Origin: an uncultured Acidobacteriota bacterium
GTDB taxonomy: Bacteria; Acidobacteriota; Vicinamibacteria; Vicinamibacterales; 2-12-FULL-66-21
Assembly: GCA_963820905.1 (NCBI GenBank)
Contig: CAWGBU010000008.1
Span: forward strand, 361,729-425,728
DNA length: 64,000 nt
Direction of reading: 5' to 3'
Shown here: in pieces, positions 62,575 through 64,000 of the stretch
Layout: every line of letters begins with the position of its first letter
Position numbering within the stretch: position 1 is the first letter of the stretch
Notes under the pieces: model-generated
The model's database searches: none
What the model was told of the DNA's origin: nothing
Seen by the model: only the letters and a program-made list of their open reading frames with translations
Program-made: the position numbers and the translations under genes

Positions 62575-63678
62575 ATGTCCCATCCGCCTCGACCACAGCC
62601 GTCCATCAGCCGAATCGGCATCCTGACCGGTGGAGGAGACGCCCCCGGGCTCAACGCGGTGATTCGCGCGGTCGTCAAGTCGGCCGAAGGGCACGGCGTG
62701 GAAGTGATTGGCCTCGAGGACAGCTTCAACGGGCTGCTCGAGCCGAACCGCTGGCGGCGCCTCCAGCGCCGCGATGTGATCGGGATCCTTCGCGTGGGCG
62801 GCACGATTCTCGGTACCTCCAATCGCGGCAATCCGTTCACGCAGCCGGTCGAAACGTCGGGAGGGCCCAGGGACTATTCCGAGCGATGCGTGGAGATGTT
62901 CCACCATCTGTCGCTCGATGCGCTCATCGTCATCGGCGGCGATGGAACGCTGGCGATTGCGCACGAGTTTTCCAGGCGCGGCATACCACTCGTTGGCGTG
63001 CCGAAGACGATCGACAACGATATTGTCGAGACGACGAACACGTTCGGCTTCGACACGGCGGTGGCGTTCGCGACAGACGCGATCGATCGGCTCCACACGC
63101 ACGCGGAGTCGCATCGTCGCGTGATGGTGGTGGAGGTCATGGGCCGGCATGCGGGGTGGATTGCGCTCTACGCGGGCGTGGCCGGCGGAGCGGACGTGAT
63201 TCTCATTCCGGAGATTGCCTTCGATCTCCAGAAGGTGGCGAACCATATTGCCGCGCGCGAACAGATGGGCGCGGGATTCAGCATCGTCGTCGCCGCCGAG
63301 GGAGCGAGTCCCGTTGGCGGTTCGCCGGTCGTTGCGCACAAGGGATCGCCGGGCGTGCAGGAACGGCTCGGCGGGATCGCGGCACGCGTCGCGGCCGACC
63401 TCGAGGGGTTGACGCGGAAGGAGGCGCGCAGCGTGGTTCTGGGGTACCTCCAGCGGGGCGGCGCGCCCACGAGCTTCGATCGCCTCCTGGCGACGCGCCT
63501 CGGGGCGCGCGCGATGGAGCTCGTCATGGAGGGACAGTTCGGAACGATGGTCGCGTTCCATCCGCCCGACATCGTCGCGGTTCCGCTCGAAAAGGTCGTG
63601 GGCCGCACGCGCTACGTTCCACCTGACTTCGACGTGATTCGCGCGGCGCGCGCCGTGGGGATTGTGTTCGGAGACTGA
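62575..63678 (+). CDS. pfkA: 6-phosphofructokinase
   Basis: TGGGDAPGLN, GGTILGTS, IGGDGT, PKTIDND, EVMGR, LGYLQRGG. Confidence 0.95.
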   Translation: MSHPPRPQPSISRIGILTGGGDAPGLNAVIRAVVKSAEGHGVEVIGLEDSFNGLLEPNRWRRLQRRDVIGILRVGGTILGTSNRGNPFTQPVETSGGPRDYSERCVEMFHHLSLDALIVIGGDGTLAIAHEFSRRGIPLVGVPKTIDNDIVETTNTFGFDTAVAFATDAIDRLHTHAESHRRVMVVEVMGRHAGWIALYAGVAGGADVILIPEIAFDLQKVANHIAAREQMGAGFSIVVAAEGASPVGGSPVVAHKGSPGVQERLGGIAARVAADLEGLTRKEARSVVLGYLQRGGAPTSFDRLLATRLGARAMELVMEGQFGTMVAFHPPDIVAVPLEKVVGRTRYVPPDFDVIRAARAVGIVFGD

Positions 63679-63703
63679 GGCGGGACCGGCTTGCAGCGAC
63701 GGG

Positions 63704-64000
63704 CTAGCCAATCACATCGAGATACTTCAGCGCGCCGCCCGTGTTGAACAGGACCACCGTGTCGGTTGGCTTTGCGCGTCCGTCGGCGAGCAGGACCTTG
63801 AGCGCCTGGAGCGCCGCGCCGCCTTCCGGCGCCGCGCTGATGCCTTCGCGGCTGCCGAGGTCGCGCATGCCAGCCACCATCTCGGCGTCGGACACCGCGA
63901 TCGCGGTGCCGCCGCTTTCCCGGATCGCGCGGAGCACGAGGAAGTCTCCGATGGCTTTCGGCACGCGCAGGCCGTCCGCGATCGTGCGCGCGTTCGGCCA
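63704..64000 (-). CDS. thrC: Threonine synthase, C-terminal part (partial)
   Basis: TIADGLRVPKAIGD, ESGGTAIAVSD, EGISAAPEGGA, VLFNTG. Confidence 0.85.
   Translation of the reverse strand, partial: WPNARTIADGLRVPKAIGDFLVLRAIRESGGTAIAVSDAEMVAGMRDLGSREGISAAPEGGAALQALKVLLADGRAKPTDTVVLFNTGGALKYLDVIG

Overview
GC-rich bacterial chromosomal window, probably Acidobacteriota of the Vicinamibacteria type (inferred from gene repertoire and REP type, not proven). Most of it is core genome: ECF sigma operon, rnr-selB, tatA, groES-groEL with two CIRCE elements, purC, nrdR-DUF4390-ntrY-ntrX, pgpA-cinA-thpR-plsY-gpsA-ftsY-ribD-ribE-ribBA, ffh-rpsP-khpA-rimM-trmD-rplS-rnhB, polX, a peptidoglycan recycling/synthesis operon (nagZ-ldcA-mpl-pxpB-pxpC-murB-murA), lolA-secretin, tRNA-Ala(CGC), pfkA and a partial thrC. 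Six genes carry single-base insertions and two carry in-frame TAGs, most likely long-read errors. No CRISPR, integrase or transposase is visible. The most unusual signals are: (1) at least seven intergenic 6-10 nt tandem-repeat arrays, three built as inverted-arm hairpin cassettes around a short core; (2) a GHMP sugar kinase and pxpBC without pxpA tied to the muropeptide recycling operon; (3) a second PolX-PHP paralog with a decayed polymerase site; (4) a sigma54-driven 50-aa Cys/His microprotein; (5) a pseudokinase-PEGA membrane protein; (6) a 2.2 kb vapBC/ECF islet that splits cinA-thpR. All functional calls come from motif recognition by eye; no searches were run.
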